From an uncultured virus (IMG/VR IMGVR_UViG_3300046455_000579) (taxonomy: Duplodnaviria; Heunggongvirae; Uroviricota; Caudoviricetes), in the IMG/VR virus record IMGVR_UViG_3300046455_000579: a stretch of DNA of 20,000 nt; one strand, 5' to 3'. Shown piece after piece: positions 1 to 7,398 of the stretch. Numbering within the stretch: the stretch's first letter is position 1; each line of letters starts with the position of its first letter. Both the position numbers and the translations under genes were made by a program. The notes under the pieces were generated by a model. That model was not told where the DNA came from. It saw only the letters and a list, made by a program, of their open reading frames with translations, and did not search any database.

Positions 1-65
1 CCGTACGTGTCGACCCTAGCGAAAACTTCGAGAACATCGAAGTTCAGGGGCCCCGGTGATAGCCG

Positions 66-326
66 GTGACCCACCAGAACCCCCCTGTCTTCGTCACCTT
101 CACAACCGGCGCGCAACTGCTCATCGACGAAGGCCTGGTCGAGAGCATCACGCCCGACGGCCTCAGGTACATCGCCCGCAAGGACGATGCCTGGCCGTTC
201 GGTGACGGACAGGGCCAGCACCCGTACGTGATGGTCGGCAACGCCCGGACCATGGAGACGGGTGTCTTCCTGGACTTCTTCAAGGCGGGGCCGTCACGCG
301 GCGGCCGCGGGCCGAACAAGTCCTAG
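66..326 (+). CDS. Small hypothetical protein, possible excisionase/MerR-like DNA-binding protein (86 aa)
   Basis: High GC3 codon pattern; ITPDGLRYIAR..WPFG..Y..VGNAR pattern resembles a small winged-helix protein; basic GRGP tail; directly upstream of the replication initiator. Confidence 0.6.
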   Translation: MTHQNPPVFVTFTTGAQLLIDEGLVESITPDGLRYIARKDDAWPFGDGQGQHPYVMVGNARTMETGVFLDFFKAGPSRGGRGPNKS

Positions 327-549
327 GTCGCGTCTCCGACCAGCTCAGATCGCAGCCTGAGCCCGGAAACGCCGAACGGCCGGCTAGAGGTCGCAGCGCC
401 TCATACCGGCCGTCACTAAGCACAACCAGTGGACGCCAATCCGCTGGCAACAAAACACCTCATGGAGAGGTACCCGCGATGAGCGTACCGGTAGGTACGG
501 GTAACCCGGCAAGTAGCCCCGACGTGATCGTCCGCACGGGGGTGCTGCG

Positions 550-1566
550 GTGAGCGTTGAGCACATGGCGATGGTGTTCGCTGCGGACGGCCTGGACGGC
601 AGCGAGAAACTGCTGCTCCTCGCGTACACGAACTACACCGACCCCCACGGGTACTGCTGGCCCGGTGAAGACCGGCTGGCTGACGACAGCGGGACGTCAT
701 TGAGTACGGTGCGCCGCACAAAGAAGAAGCTGATCTCCCGGAACCTGCTGAGGTCGGTGCGCCGGCAGGAGACGAGCAATCTGGCTCGGGTGAATCTGCC
801 GCTGCTGGCGTCCATGGCGCGACCGCGGAAGGTCTACGACGACAACGAGGTGGAGCGGCTGTCGTTCGGAAGCGCCGAGCAGCAGGCGCCTGAAGATGCC
901 TCTGACCTGCGGACAGTTCAATCTGACCTGTCGGGCGAGCAGGGCTCTGACCTGCGGACAGTTCATTCTGACCTGAGTGACAGGTCAAATTGCTCTGACC
1001 GTCAGGTCAATCTGGCAGGTCCGACAGGTCAATCTGACCTGCAATCCATTAGTGATCCATCAGAGGGAACCATTAGCCGTCCTTCCGTCCAGGAGGCGGA
1101 GGCTTCGGAGGAGACGGATGGAGGGACGGACGGTCCAGCGGTCCCCCATCAGATCGGAAGGAATTCAGGCGTCGACCTGCTGCTCGCGATCGGCGCGCAA
1201 CAGCCAGAGTTCCTTCTGACGGGAAAGACGCTCCAGGATCAGGGACGGGCTGTGGCCGGCATGTTCCTTGAAGGCTGGACACGGGAGCAGCTCCGCCAAG
1301 TGATTACAGGTCGTCCTCTGCCGGATCAGATCACAACCACGGTGGGATCTATCGTTGCCAGCCGGTTGCGCCAGGCCTGCTCTGGACCTGCTCCTGGAAG
1401 CATCGGTGGACAAGAGGAACAGCGGCCGCGGAGCGCTCCCGCGGGTCCCCCGGACGGCATCACCCGGAGCAACTGCGGTGAATGCGGGGCACGCATCCGT
1501 CTCATCGGTAAGGCTTTGGATGACGGGCTGTGCCTGCCCTGCCGAGAGGAGATGGCTTCCGTATGA
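550..1566 (+). CDS. Phage/plasmid replication initiator-like protein with N-terminal HTH (HTH_36-like), 338 aa
   Basis: N-terminus EKLLLLAYTNY..GYCWPGEDRLADDSGTSLSTVRRTKKKL fits the HTH of phage replisome organisers; central DNA repeat array; C-terminal CGEC..CLPC Zn motif. Confidence 0.75.
   Translation: MSVEHMAMVFAADGLDGSEKLLLLAYTNYTDPHGYCWPGEDRLADDSGTSLSTVRRTKKKLISRNLLRSVRRQETSNLARVNLPLLASMARPRKVYDDNEVERLSFGSAEQQAPEDASDLRTVQSDLSGEQGSDLRTVHSDLSDRSNCSDRQVNLAGPTGQSDLQSISDPSEGTISRPSVQEAEASEETDGGTDGPAVPHQIGRNSGVDLLLAIGAQQPEFLLTGKTLQDQGRAVAGMFLEGWTREQLRQVITGRPLPDQITTTVGSIVASRLRQACSGPAPGSIGGQEEQRPRSAPAGPPDGITRSNCGECGARIRLIGKALDDGLCLPCREEMASV
900..1041. repeat. Iteron-like array inside the initiator gene (putative origin)
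   Basis: 31-bp direct repeat 900-930 / 945-975 (1 mismatch); 17-bp units related to palindrome CAGGTCA-ATC-TGACCTG at 914, 959, 981, 1003, 1025 (last four exactly 22 bp apart). Confidence 0.75.
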
Positions 1567-2015
1567 CCACAGAGGCCGCAGCAGGTGAGGACCTCCTCAA
1601 GGTCGAATACCTGTACGCGATCCAGGCCGAGCACTGGTCCGGCGACGACAGCCGCTTCCACGTTCCCAAGCAGGTCATCACCTTCCGGATCATTAAGAAG
1701 ACGCCGAAGCGGATCTACTACATCGCCAGCGAGGGCTGGGAGCCGCGTCGGCGAACCGGTTACGTCGACCGGCAGCGCATCGAGGCCGAGGGCGAGGTGT
1801 ATTCCCGGTCGCTGCACTGGTCCGCTCCCGACTTTCACCTCTACCTGGAAGCCCCGGAGTTGGAGGAATACGCGCCGGCCCCTGATCTGGCCCAGTTGAA
1901 GGCCGCTATGCGGGCAGCGCACCCGGACGTGGGGGGATCGGATGAGGCATTCCGGGAAGCCCACGAGCGGTACGAGCGGGCCCGGGTGAATGCGAGCAGG
2001 AAGAACCGAGCCTGA
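1563..2015 (+). CDS. Hypothetical protein with C-terminal minimal J-domain (DnaJ-like HPD motif), 150 aa
   Basis: ATGA overlap with initiator stop; GAGGAG RBS; C-terminus LAQLKAAMRAAHPDVGGSDEAFREAHERYE matches J-domain helix II-HPD-helix III. Confidence 0.7.
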   Translation: MTTEAAAGEDLLKVEYLYAIQAEHWSGDDSRFHVPKQVITFRIIKKTPKRIYYIASEGWEPRRRTGYVDRQRIEAEGEVYSRSLHWSAPDFHLYLEAPELEEYAPAPDLAQLKAAMRAAHPDVGGSDEAFREAHERYERARVNASRKNRA

Positions 2016-2025
2016 CAGGTCGTAG

Positions 2026-2059
2026 CTGTGCCCCCAGCATCTCGGGTCTGGGGGCACAG
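2026..2059. terminator. GC-rich hairpin between convergent genes
   Basis: CTGTGCCCCCAG (2026-2037) / CTGGGGGCACAG (2048-2059): perfect 12-bp stem. Confidence 0.65.
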
Positions 2060-2071
2060 GCGTTCGTCCGG

Positions 2072-2302
2072 CTATCCGAGGGGCGCCGAGGCGGTGGACG
2101 CAAGGTAATCGCCGGGTCCCGCGTGGTGGCGGCCCTGGTCGTCGACGACGATGACGGGCGGGCAGGCCGGGCATGAGATGCAGCCAAGGCCGATCCACCG
2201 CCAGCCGGCATCCCACAGGCCGGAATGGTCCCGGTCGTCGGGGAGGTTCGCGGTGGTGCCGCAGTCGTCGGTGGTGCAAGTGACTGTCATCGGCTTGCTC
2301 AT
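2072..2302 (-). CDS. Small Cys-rich hypothetical protein (putative Zn finger), 76 aa
   Basis: GAAAGG RBS before ATG; CTTDDC..GW..CPAC motif. Confidence 0.65.
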   Translation of the reverse strand: MSKPMTVTCTTDDCGTTANLPDDRDHSGLWDAGWRWIGLGCISCPACPPVIVVDDQGRHHAGPGDYLASTASAPLG

Positions 2303-2426
2303 CAGGGGCCTTTCACGTGCCGGATGGCCAGCCTAGTCGCGCTCCTGCGGACCTCGGATCGGAGGCAACGGTCGGCCGCGGGCGCGGGACGATGGGGATA
2401 CGCCTCTTAGCCCCGAGGAGCCCCCA

Positions 2427-2852
2427 GTGAGCAGCAGCTACCTCATCCTTTGCCTGTCGCACGATCCGGCGACCACGGCATACGAGTCCAGCAGCCCGGA
2501 AGCAGCAGCCGAAGCCATCAGGGCGGGCATCGCGGGCCATCCCGACTGCGACCTGCTCATCGAGCGTGTATCCGGTGGGCCCGTCGAGTACGGATGCCCT
2601 CCACCTCCGGCGACGACACGGCCTGCGGGCCAGGTCTGCCATCACAAGGCCACGGAATGGGTCCACATCGACTGGCTACGGCTCCTCAGCCGCTCCCAGA
2701 CGTCTGCCGATCCGAACGTCCAGGAGGCGGTTCGTCAGGGCCGGTTCCCTTGCTGGACCCGAGACCGGCTGCATCGACTGCGGTACCCCCTGGGTGTGGC
2801 AGGTGGCCCCCGGAACGGTAAGGGATGGACGGGCGGCGATGCCGGTGAGTGA
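2427..2852 (+). CDS. Hypothetical protein, 141 aa
   Basis: GAGGAG RBS before GTG; globular composition with Cys/His. Confidence 0.65.
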   Translation: MSSSYLILCLSHDPATTAYESSSPEAAAEAIRAGIAGHPDCDLLIERVSGGPVEYGCPPPPATTRPAGQVCHHKATEWVHIDWLRLLSRSQTSADPNVQEAVRQGRFPCWTRDRLHRLRYPLGVAGGPRNGKGWTGGDAGE

Positions 2853-3135
2853 TGTTCCTGAAGGCCACCCGATTCCCTGGGATCAGCTTGTGGCCTACGA
2901 GCGGGACCAGGGCGGGTACTGGCTCTACCCAGACGGCCGCGACGTGTGCGGGAACGGAAAAGTCTGGGTTGCCGTGCCCCGGCCGGAGGAGCCCGGCGAA
3001 CTGCAGCGGTACGTCCGGCAGGTGCAGCATCTGGCGCAGCGCATCAGCAGTCGGGCCGAGGCGACAGGGAACACGGCGATGGCCGAGCTCGCTGGAAGAC
3101 TGACGCGGGCCTGTACAGGGCAGGGCAGTTCGTGA
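2845..3135 (+). CDS. Hypothetical protein, ~96 aa (start 2839 or 2845)
   Basis: Overlaps the stop of the upstream gene; 3' part of track ORF 2566..3135 with protein-like composition. Confidence 0.5.
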   Translation: MSDVPEGHPIPWDQLVAYERDQGGYWLYPDGRDVCGNGKVWVAVPRPEEPGELQRYVRQVQHLAQRISSRAEATGNTAMAELAGRLTRACTGQGSS

Positions 3136-3250
3136 ATGGCCGGCTGGACGGCTGTGCGCGCCGGCGACTTCCGGATGCTGTAATCCTCGCCCGTTTCCTC
3201 GCAACGGGATCCGCTTACCATCGAGAGAACTTGACCGCGGAAGGACTGCT

Positions 3251-3688
3251 GTGGACCTGCAGGATGCTTCAGCCGACCAGTTGATGTCCTGGGTGAGCAA
3301 CGGCATTGAAGCCAAGAAGGCATCTGTGGAGCGCGGCTTGCAGCCGTCGAACTGGCTGTGGCCGCTCGCCAACGATGCTGATTCAATCCTGCGCCGCTGC
3401 GCTGCCGACACCGTCCTGCTGAACCTGCATGCCGGGCGAGGCCACTCCTGCCCCGCGTACGACGCGGACGGCGATCTGGACGAAAACGCACGGTTCTACG
3501 ATCATGAGGCGTGCCCGGTTCTCCAGCAGTTGGCTGAGGGTTACGGATGGTCGAGGACCGGCGGGCAGATCGAGTGTGGTTGGCATCCGCTGGATGGGAC
3601 AGCGGACTGCGGCTGGGATCAGTCCTGCCCCACGCACGGATCGGGCGGCGTTCAGACGGACGCGTCGAGAGTGGAGCGCGCGGGCTAG
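3251..3688 (+). CDS. Hypothetical protein, DUF6221-like, 145 aa
   Basis: GAAGGA RBS; ILRRCAAD..LL.LH..CP..L..LAEGYG pattern recalls actinomycete DUF6221 proteins. Confidence 0.55.
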   Translation: MDLQDASADQLMSWVSNGIEAKKASVERGLQPSNWLWPLANDADSILRRCAADTVLLNLHAGRGHSCPAYDADGDLDENARFYDHEACPVLQQLAEGYGWSRTGGQIECGWHPLDGTADCGWDQSCPTHGSGGVQTDASRVERAG

Positions 3689-3849
3689 TCGGCTTCGGTC
3701 CAGGGCGGGTCGTGGGGGGTGCAGGTCGTGCCGCACCACCAGCATTCGAAGTCCTCTACCCGGTACCGCTGCGTCCACCAGGAGACGACTGGAGTCCCCC
3801 ACACGACGCATTCGGTGTCGCACCATCCGCAGGTGAACAGGAAGTTCAC
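3685..3849 (-). CDS. Zn-ribbon microprotein, 54 aa (MNFLFTCGWC...CWWCG...)
   Basis: Strong AAGGAGG RBS just before GTG at 3849; two CxxC pairs; the longer track ORF upstream is not protein-like. Confidence 0.7.
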   Translation of the reverse strand: MNFLFTCGWCDTECVVWGTPVVSWWTQRYRVEDFECWWCGTTCTPHDPPWTEAD

Positions 3850-3910
3850 GGCGCCTCCTTGGCGGTCGCGCGGGTCGTTTCGGTGGTGCTGGGGGAACTC
3901 GATCCCGAAT

Positions 3911-3944
3911 AGGCATTGCAATGCCATGCCCGTACCGGTACGGT
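3911..3944 (+). promoter_or_regulatory. Housekeeping-sigma-type promoter overlapped by palindromic operator-like site (copy 1)
   Basis: TTGCAA (3916-3921)-N17-TACGGT (3939-3944); perfect palindromes GGCATTGCAATGCC (3912-3925) and CCGTACCGGTACGG (3930-3943); 19/20 identity to 7628-7647. Confidence 0.65.
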
Positions 3945-4040
3945 GATGTATGTCCGGCAAGGAACCCCAACCGACAACCCGTCCCCTACCCCAAACGATT
4001 CCCTCCCGCCCCTCGCCCCCACAAGGAGGAAACACCCCAA

Positions 4041-4078
4041 CCCAGCCCGGCCGCCAACCCCCTGGCGGTCGGGCTTTC
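4041..4078 (+). terminator. Intrinsic terminator-like hairpin (copy A)
   Basis: AGCCCGGCCGCCA..TGGCGGTCGGGCT stem followed by a short T run; 33/38 identical to 4942-4979. Confidence 0.65.
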
Positions 4079-4157
4079 CTACGCAGGGAACAGTCCGCCG
4101 AAACAGGCCGACGATGACCCCACACCGATGGCCGGGCCCTTTCCGTTGCCGACCGAC

Positions 4158-4179
4158 TGTCAGTGCCGCCCGGCACCAT
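4158..4179 (+). promoter_or_regulatory. RecA-NDp/PafBC-like promoter motif 1
   Basis: TGTCAG-N10-CACCAT upstream of gene 4218. Confidence 0.55.
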
Positions 4180-4217
4180 AGACGCCAGAACGCCCAACAC
4201 CGGCTTGGAGGCCAGTA

Positions 4218-4937
4218 GTGGACGCACCCGACTTCTCCACCCTCACTGACGACCAGTACTCCGACCTGCTCACCCACCAGGCGCACCCGCGGTTCCGCGA
4301 CCCGGACGTCTGGAGCACGCTCACCAGCCCCGAGAACATCGAACGGACCCGTTCCATTCTGGTGCAGATGCACCAGCGGACCGCGAACGCGCTCGGGCGG
4401 AAGAAGTCGGAGCGGGAAGCGTTCGAGCAGGAGTGCCGGGCCCGCGGAGCCGCCGGTAAGGCCGCCTGGTTCGAGAGCCAGCCCGCGTACGAGAACACGC
4501 GGCGCAAGATGGCCGGGTTCCACCAGCTTGTTCAGCAGGCTATCTCCGACGTCGGAAAGATTCAGAAGGATCACAACCGGGCCGGAAGTCACCTGGTCAG
4601 CAACGCAGCCCGGGAGACGCTCCGTCAGCTTGCCGTGGCCGTGCAACGGCACCAAGCCCAGCACGCGAAGAGCGGCTCGATCGCGGAGCAGCAGGACTAC
4701 GAGCTGTGGCAGCTCCTGGACCGTCTCACCGTGCCGTGCGGCCCGAACCATGAGCAGACGAGTCTGCGGACGATGCTCGACTTCTACTGGACGGACGTCA
4801 CCCCCATCACGGACACGGAGTCCGGGCGGGAGGCTGCCGAGCGGTCCATGCGGAAGGCGCCGGCCGGACGGTCCTCCTCGTACACGGGCGTACCGCGGGC
4901 CCGGCACCTCGGGAACCAGAAGGACCTCGCCAGCTGA
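4218..4937 (+). CDS. Hypothetical alpha-helical/coiled-coil protein, 239 aa
   Basis: GGAGG RBS; high GC3; flanked by terminator hairpins. Confidence 0.8.
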   Translation: MDAPDFSTLTDDQYSDLLTHQAHPRFRDPDVWSTLTSPENIERTRSILVQMHQRTANALGRKKSEREAFEQECRARGAAGKAAWFESQPAYENTRRKMAGFHQLVQQAISDVGKIQKDHNRAGSHLVSNAARETLRQLAVAVQRHQAQHAKSGSIAEQQDYELWQLLDRLTVPCGPNHEQTSLRTMLDFYWTDVTPITDTESGREAAERSMRKAPAGRSSSYTGVPRARHLGNQKDLAS

Positions 4938-4941
4938 AGCA

Positions 4942-4979
4942 CCCAGCCCGGTCGCTATCCTCCTGGCGGCCGGGCTTTC
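4942..4979 (+). terminator. Intrinsic terminator-like hairpin (copy B)
   Basis: AGCCCGGTCGCTA..TGGCGGCCGGGCT stem plus short T run, immediately after stop 4937. Confidence 0.7.
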
Positions 4980-4996
4980 GGCGTTCCTGCCCGCGA

Positions 4997-5018
4997 TGTC
5001 AGACTCGGCTGGGAAGAT
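4997..5018 (+). promoter_or_regulatory. RecA-NDp/PafBC-like promoter motif 2 (leaderless geometry)
   Basis: TGTCAG-N10-GAAGAT, then 7 nt to ATG 5026 with no RBS. Confidence 0.55.
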
Positions 5019-5025
5019 GCCCACT

Positions 5026-6336
5026 ATGTCCGCACGCACGACGAAAGCCCTCGAGGCCTGGCATGAGCTGAATGATCGCCAGCAGGGCACCCTCGCCGTC
5101 ATCTACGACCTGGACCAGGCCACCGAGTCCGGCCGCCGGCAGAACGCAGCACAGGGACAGTACGACAACCGGCCCGCCCTCGAGTGGCGCAGTATCGACT
5201 TCGCACACGAGCCCGCCATGCGGAAAGTGTTCGGCTGGACCATGCTGCAGGAGCGCCTGATGTGGCGGGGCTGGGACAACCAGGGCAACGGGTCCACCAT
5301 GGCCGCGCTCGAACGTCGCGGCCTCATCGCCCGCGATGGCCGGCCCACCCGCTTCGGGCGCATGCACACGGTGCGTCTGACCCGTGAGGGCCGTGCCGCA
5401 GCCCAGGCTGGCACCAGCCTCAACCCCGGTGGACCGCGTAAGGCTGCGCTCGGTCATCGGTCCTGGGAAGTCCTCGCCCTGCTCTGGTCGGCCCACCTCC
5501 GCGGGAAGCCGCTGAAGTGGGGGTATTCCACGACCATCGAACGGGCGCTGATCGACAAGCACGTGCCGCCCCTGGCTCGCAGCGTTCTCGGCGGCTACGA
5601 GATCACCGACCGCGGCCGCGACTTCTACCGCGAGCATCATGCCGCCCATACGGCCGCGCACCCCGATGTCCGAGCACCCCACCCCGACGGCGCTGAGGCC
5701 GAACCATGGCCAGCGGAAGCTGACAAGCTGCTCACCCAGCACCGGCAGCTCTATCTCGCCCTGCTCGACGCGTGGGGGAACGTCTGCAAGGCCCGAAAGG
5801 CCGCCGCGGAGGAGTCCGTCGCAGCTCTGCCCAAGGTGTCGGACGCTCTTCCTGACGTGGTCGTTGCCCAGATGGAGACCCGGCACAAGCTATGGTGCGA
5901 AACTGCCCAGCAGCGGGCCGGTCTCACCGCCGAGCATGCCGAAGACCTCAGTGCTCGAGCCGAGCATGCCGCCCGGGCCTACGCGGTCGCAGCCCTGACC
6001 GCCTACCGGGCGGCCGTCACCCAGACCGACCCGCTCGAGACCATGACGCCCCCCGCCCCGGACCCTGACACGTGGGACGAGCCGCCCCTGCCGACGCCTG
6101 CGAAGACCGGCGTCAACGCCATCGACGCCGCAGCGGCGAAACTGCACGCGACCGTTGTGGGCAGACCGATCAAACGGCGTGGCCCAGCGCCCACACGGCG
6201 CACTCGCCGGGGGAACGTTCGTGTCGCAGAGAAGCCATCCGCAGAGCCCGGAGCAGCCCTGTACGCCCTCGCGGAACACTGCCGCGGGCATGTCCAGGAC
6301 GGCTCTCTGCTGCGCCGCCTGCATCCGGCGGACTGA
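5026..6336 (+). CDS. Hypothetical protein with probable winged-helix DNA-binding regions, 436 aa
   Basis: 3' part of track ORF 4528..6336; STMAALERRGLI..VRLTREGR and YEITDRGR are wHTH-wing-like motifs; Ala-rich helical C-terminal half. Confidence 0.7.
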   Translation: MSARTTKALEAWHELNDRQQGTLAVIYDLDQATESGRRQNAAQGQYDNRPALEWRSIDFAHEPAMRKVFGWTMLQERLMWRGWDNQGNGSTMAALERRGLIARDGRPTRFGRMHTVRLTREGRAAAQAGTSLNPGGPRKAALGHRSWEVLALLWSAHLRGKPLKWGYSTTIERALIDKHVPPLARSVLGGYEITDRGRDFYREHHAAHTAAHPDVRAPHPDGAEAEPWPAEADKLLTQHRQLYLALLDAWGNVCKARKAAAEESVAALPKVSDALPDVVVAQMETRHKLWCETAQQRAGLTAEHAEDLSARAEHAARAYAVAALTAYRAAVTQTDPLETMTPPAPDPDTWDEPPLPTPAKTGVNAIDAAAAKLHATVVGRPIKRRGPAPTRRTRRGNVRVAEKPSAEPGAALYALAEHCRGHVQDGSLLRRLHPAD

Positions 6337-6371
6337 CACGCCAAGCAGACTTCCATCTTCCCTCCCCGCTC

Positions 6372-6393
6372 TGTCAGTGCCCGCTGCCAGACT
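6372..6393 (+). promoter_or_regulatory. RecA-NDp/PafBC-like promoter motif 3
   Basis: TGTCAG-N10-CAGACT (TGTCAGTG core) upstream of gene 6431. Confidence 0.6.
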
Positions 6394-6430
6394 GGCCGTT
6401 GCCGACAACGACCCGAGGGGGAACCTCCGC

Positions 6431-6994
6431 GTGGACACCGAGCAGCAGCCCGCACAGCCCGGGGAACTCTGCACCTGCGGCCGGCAAGCCGTCACCGTCT
6501 ACAGCACCGAGCAGTACGGCGACGTCGGGCACTGCGGCATCGACGGCGCCGCCTCCCGGCCCGTCCTGCCCTGCCCATGGTGCGGCACCAGCGAACCCCA
6601 CAAGCAGCCGTGGGGCGACCCGACGAAGTGCCCCGACTACCGGCTCCGTGTTGATCGAAGCGAAGAGGATTCGCCAGTGCCGCAGCCCATGGTCGTGACC
6701 CGGAACGCGGACGGCAGCCACAGCCCCGCCTACGACGAAGCCTGGCCCGAGGGCACCCAACTGGAGTGGCATGCCGGCATCGTCGCCCTGCAGACCGGCC
6801 TGCGCATCGAGGTGACCCGGTCGTCGGGCATCCAGACGGGCGTGCCGACCGTTCCGGGCGTCGTGGCGAAGGAGTCGTACCACCTGTCCCTCCGCGGGCC
6901 GAAGACGCTGACGGGCACCGGGCCCATCAGCTTCGACGACGCGTGGTGCTTCCTCGACGGCGTAGCCGCAGGCGTCCGCGCGATGCAGACCTGA
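6431..6994 (+). CDS. Hypothetical protein with N-terminal Cys-rich domain, 187 aa
   Basis: GAGGGGGA RBS before GTG; CTC, CPWC and CP motifs; high GC3. Confidence 0.7.
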   Translation: MDTEQQPAQPGELCTCGRQAVTVYSTEQYGDVGHCGIDGAASRPVLPCPWCGTSEPHKQPWGDPTKCPDYRLRVDRSEEDSPVPQPMVVTRNADGSHSPAYDEAWPEGTQLEWHAGIVALQTGLRIEVTRSSGIQTGVPTVPGVVAKESYHLSLRGPKTLTGTGPISFDDAWCFLDGVAAGVRAMQT

Positions 6995-7007
6995 CCGCAG
7001 GGAACGG

Positions 7008-7029
7008 TGTCAGCGCTGGCTGTCAGACT
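7008..7029 (+). promoter_or_regulatory. RecA-NDp/PafBC-like promoter motif 4 (no obvious downstream gene)
   Basis: TGTCAG-N10-CAGACT followed by GGCCG, as in motif 3. Confidence 0.5.
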
Positions 7030-7097
7030 GGCCGGGCATTGCTCCAAAGCGCCCCCACGACCCGCTTCTTGACCGGTGAGGGGAAACGCTGGTCGAC

Positions 7098-7128
7098 CGC
7101 CCCCAGCCCGTGGACGGGTCTGGGGGCG
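7098..7128. terminator. GC-rich hairpin between convergent units
   Basis: CGCCCCCAGCCCGT / ACGGG(T)CTGGGGGCG; sequence-related to the hairpin at 2026-2059. Confidence 0.65.
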
Positions 7129-7131
7129 TCT

Positions 7132-7398
7132 TCATGCCCGGCCTGGCCGCCGTGGCGCCTTGGCGTTCTGTTCGTGGCCCGGCCAGTCCGGGTCGTCCTC
7201 GGCCGTCGGCAACTCCCGGTGGCCCTCGCTCCACGCATTGACCCACCCGCAGTGGCCACAGGCGTATCTACCGTTTACCCCGGCGAGCTGGCTGCCGCAC
7301 TGGCGGCAGTCTGTGGAGGTGATCTCCTGGCCCTCCAGGAACGCGGCTGCGGCGGCCGCCGTCTCGGGCGCGGTGCGGCTGCTCTGGTCCGTGGTCAC
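7132..7398 (-). CDS. Small Zn-ribbon protein, 88 aa
   Basis: CRQC..CGHC; GTGA coupling with the upstream ORF. Confidence 0.7.
   Translation of the reverse strand: MTTDQSSRTAPETAAAAAAFLEGQEITSTDCRQCGSQLAGVNGRYACGHCGWVNAWSEGHRELPTAEDDPDWPGHEQNAKAPRRPGRA

Noticed and set aside
330..549. ncRNA or second origin upstream of the initiator
   Set aside because: Only short GGTA/GTAC and TCGCAGC repeats with no convincing structure; likely a promoter or leader but not supportable
900..1041. CRISPR-like array
   Set aside because: Units are nearly contiguous without unique 30-40 bp spacers, lie inside a CDS, and no cas genes are present
3916..4218. 100-aa Pro-rich ORF
   Set aside because: Starts inside the promoter, crosses a terminator hairpin, and has non-coding-like composition
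4528..5025. N-terminal extension giving a 602-aa protein
   Set aside because: Overlaps gene 4218-4937 out of frame, crosses a terminator, and is Arg/Ser/Pro-rich shadow sequence; ATG 5026 fits the promoter
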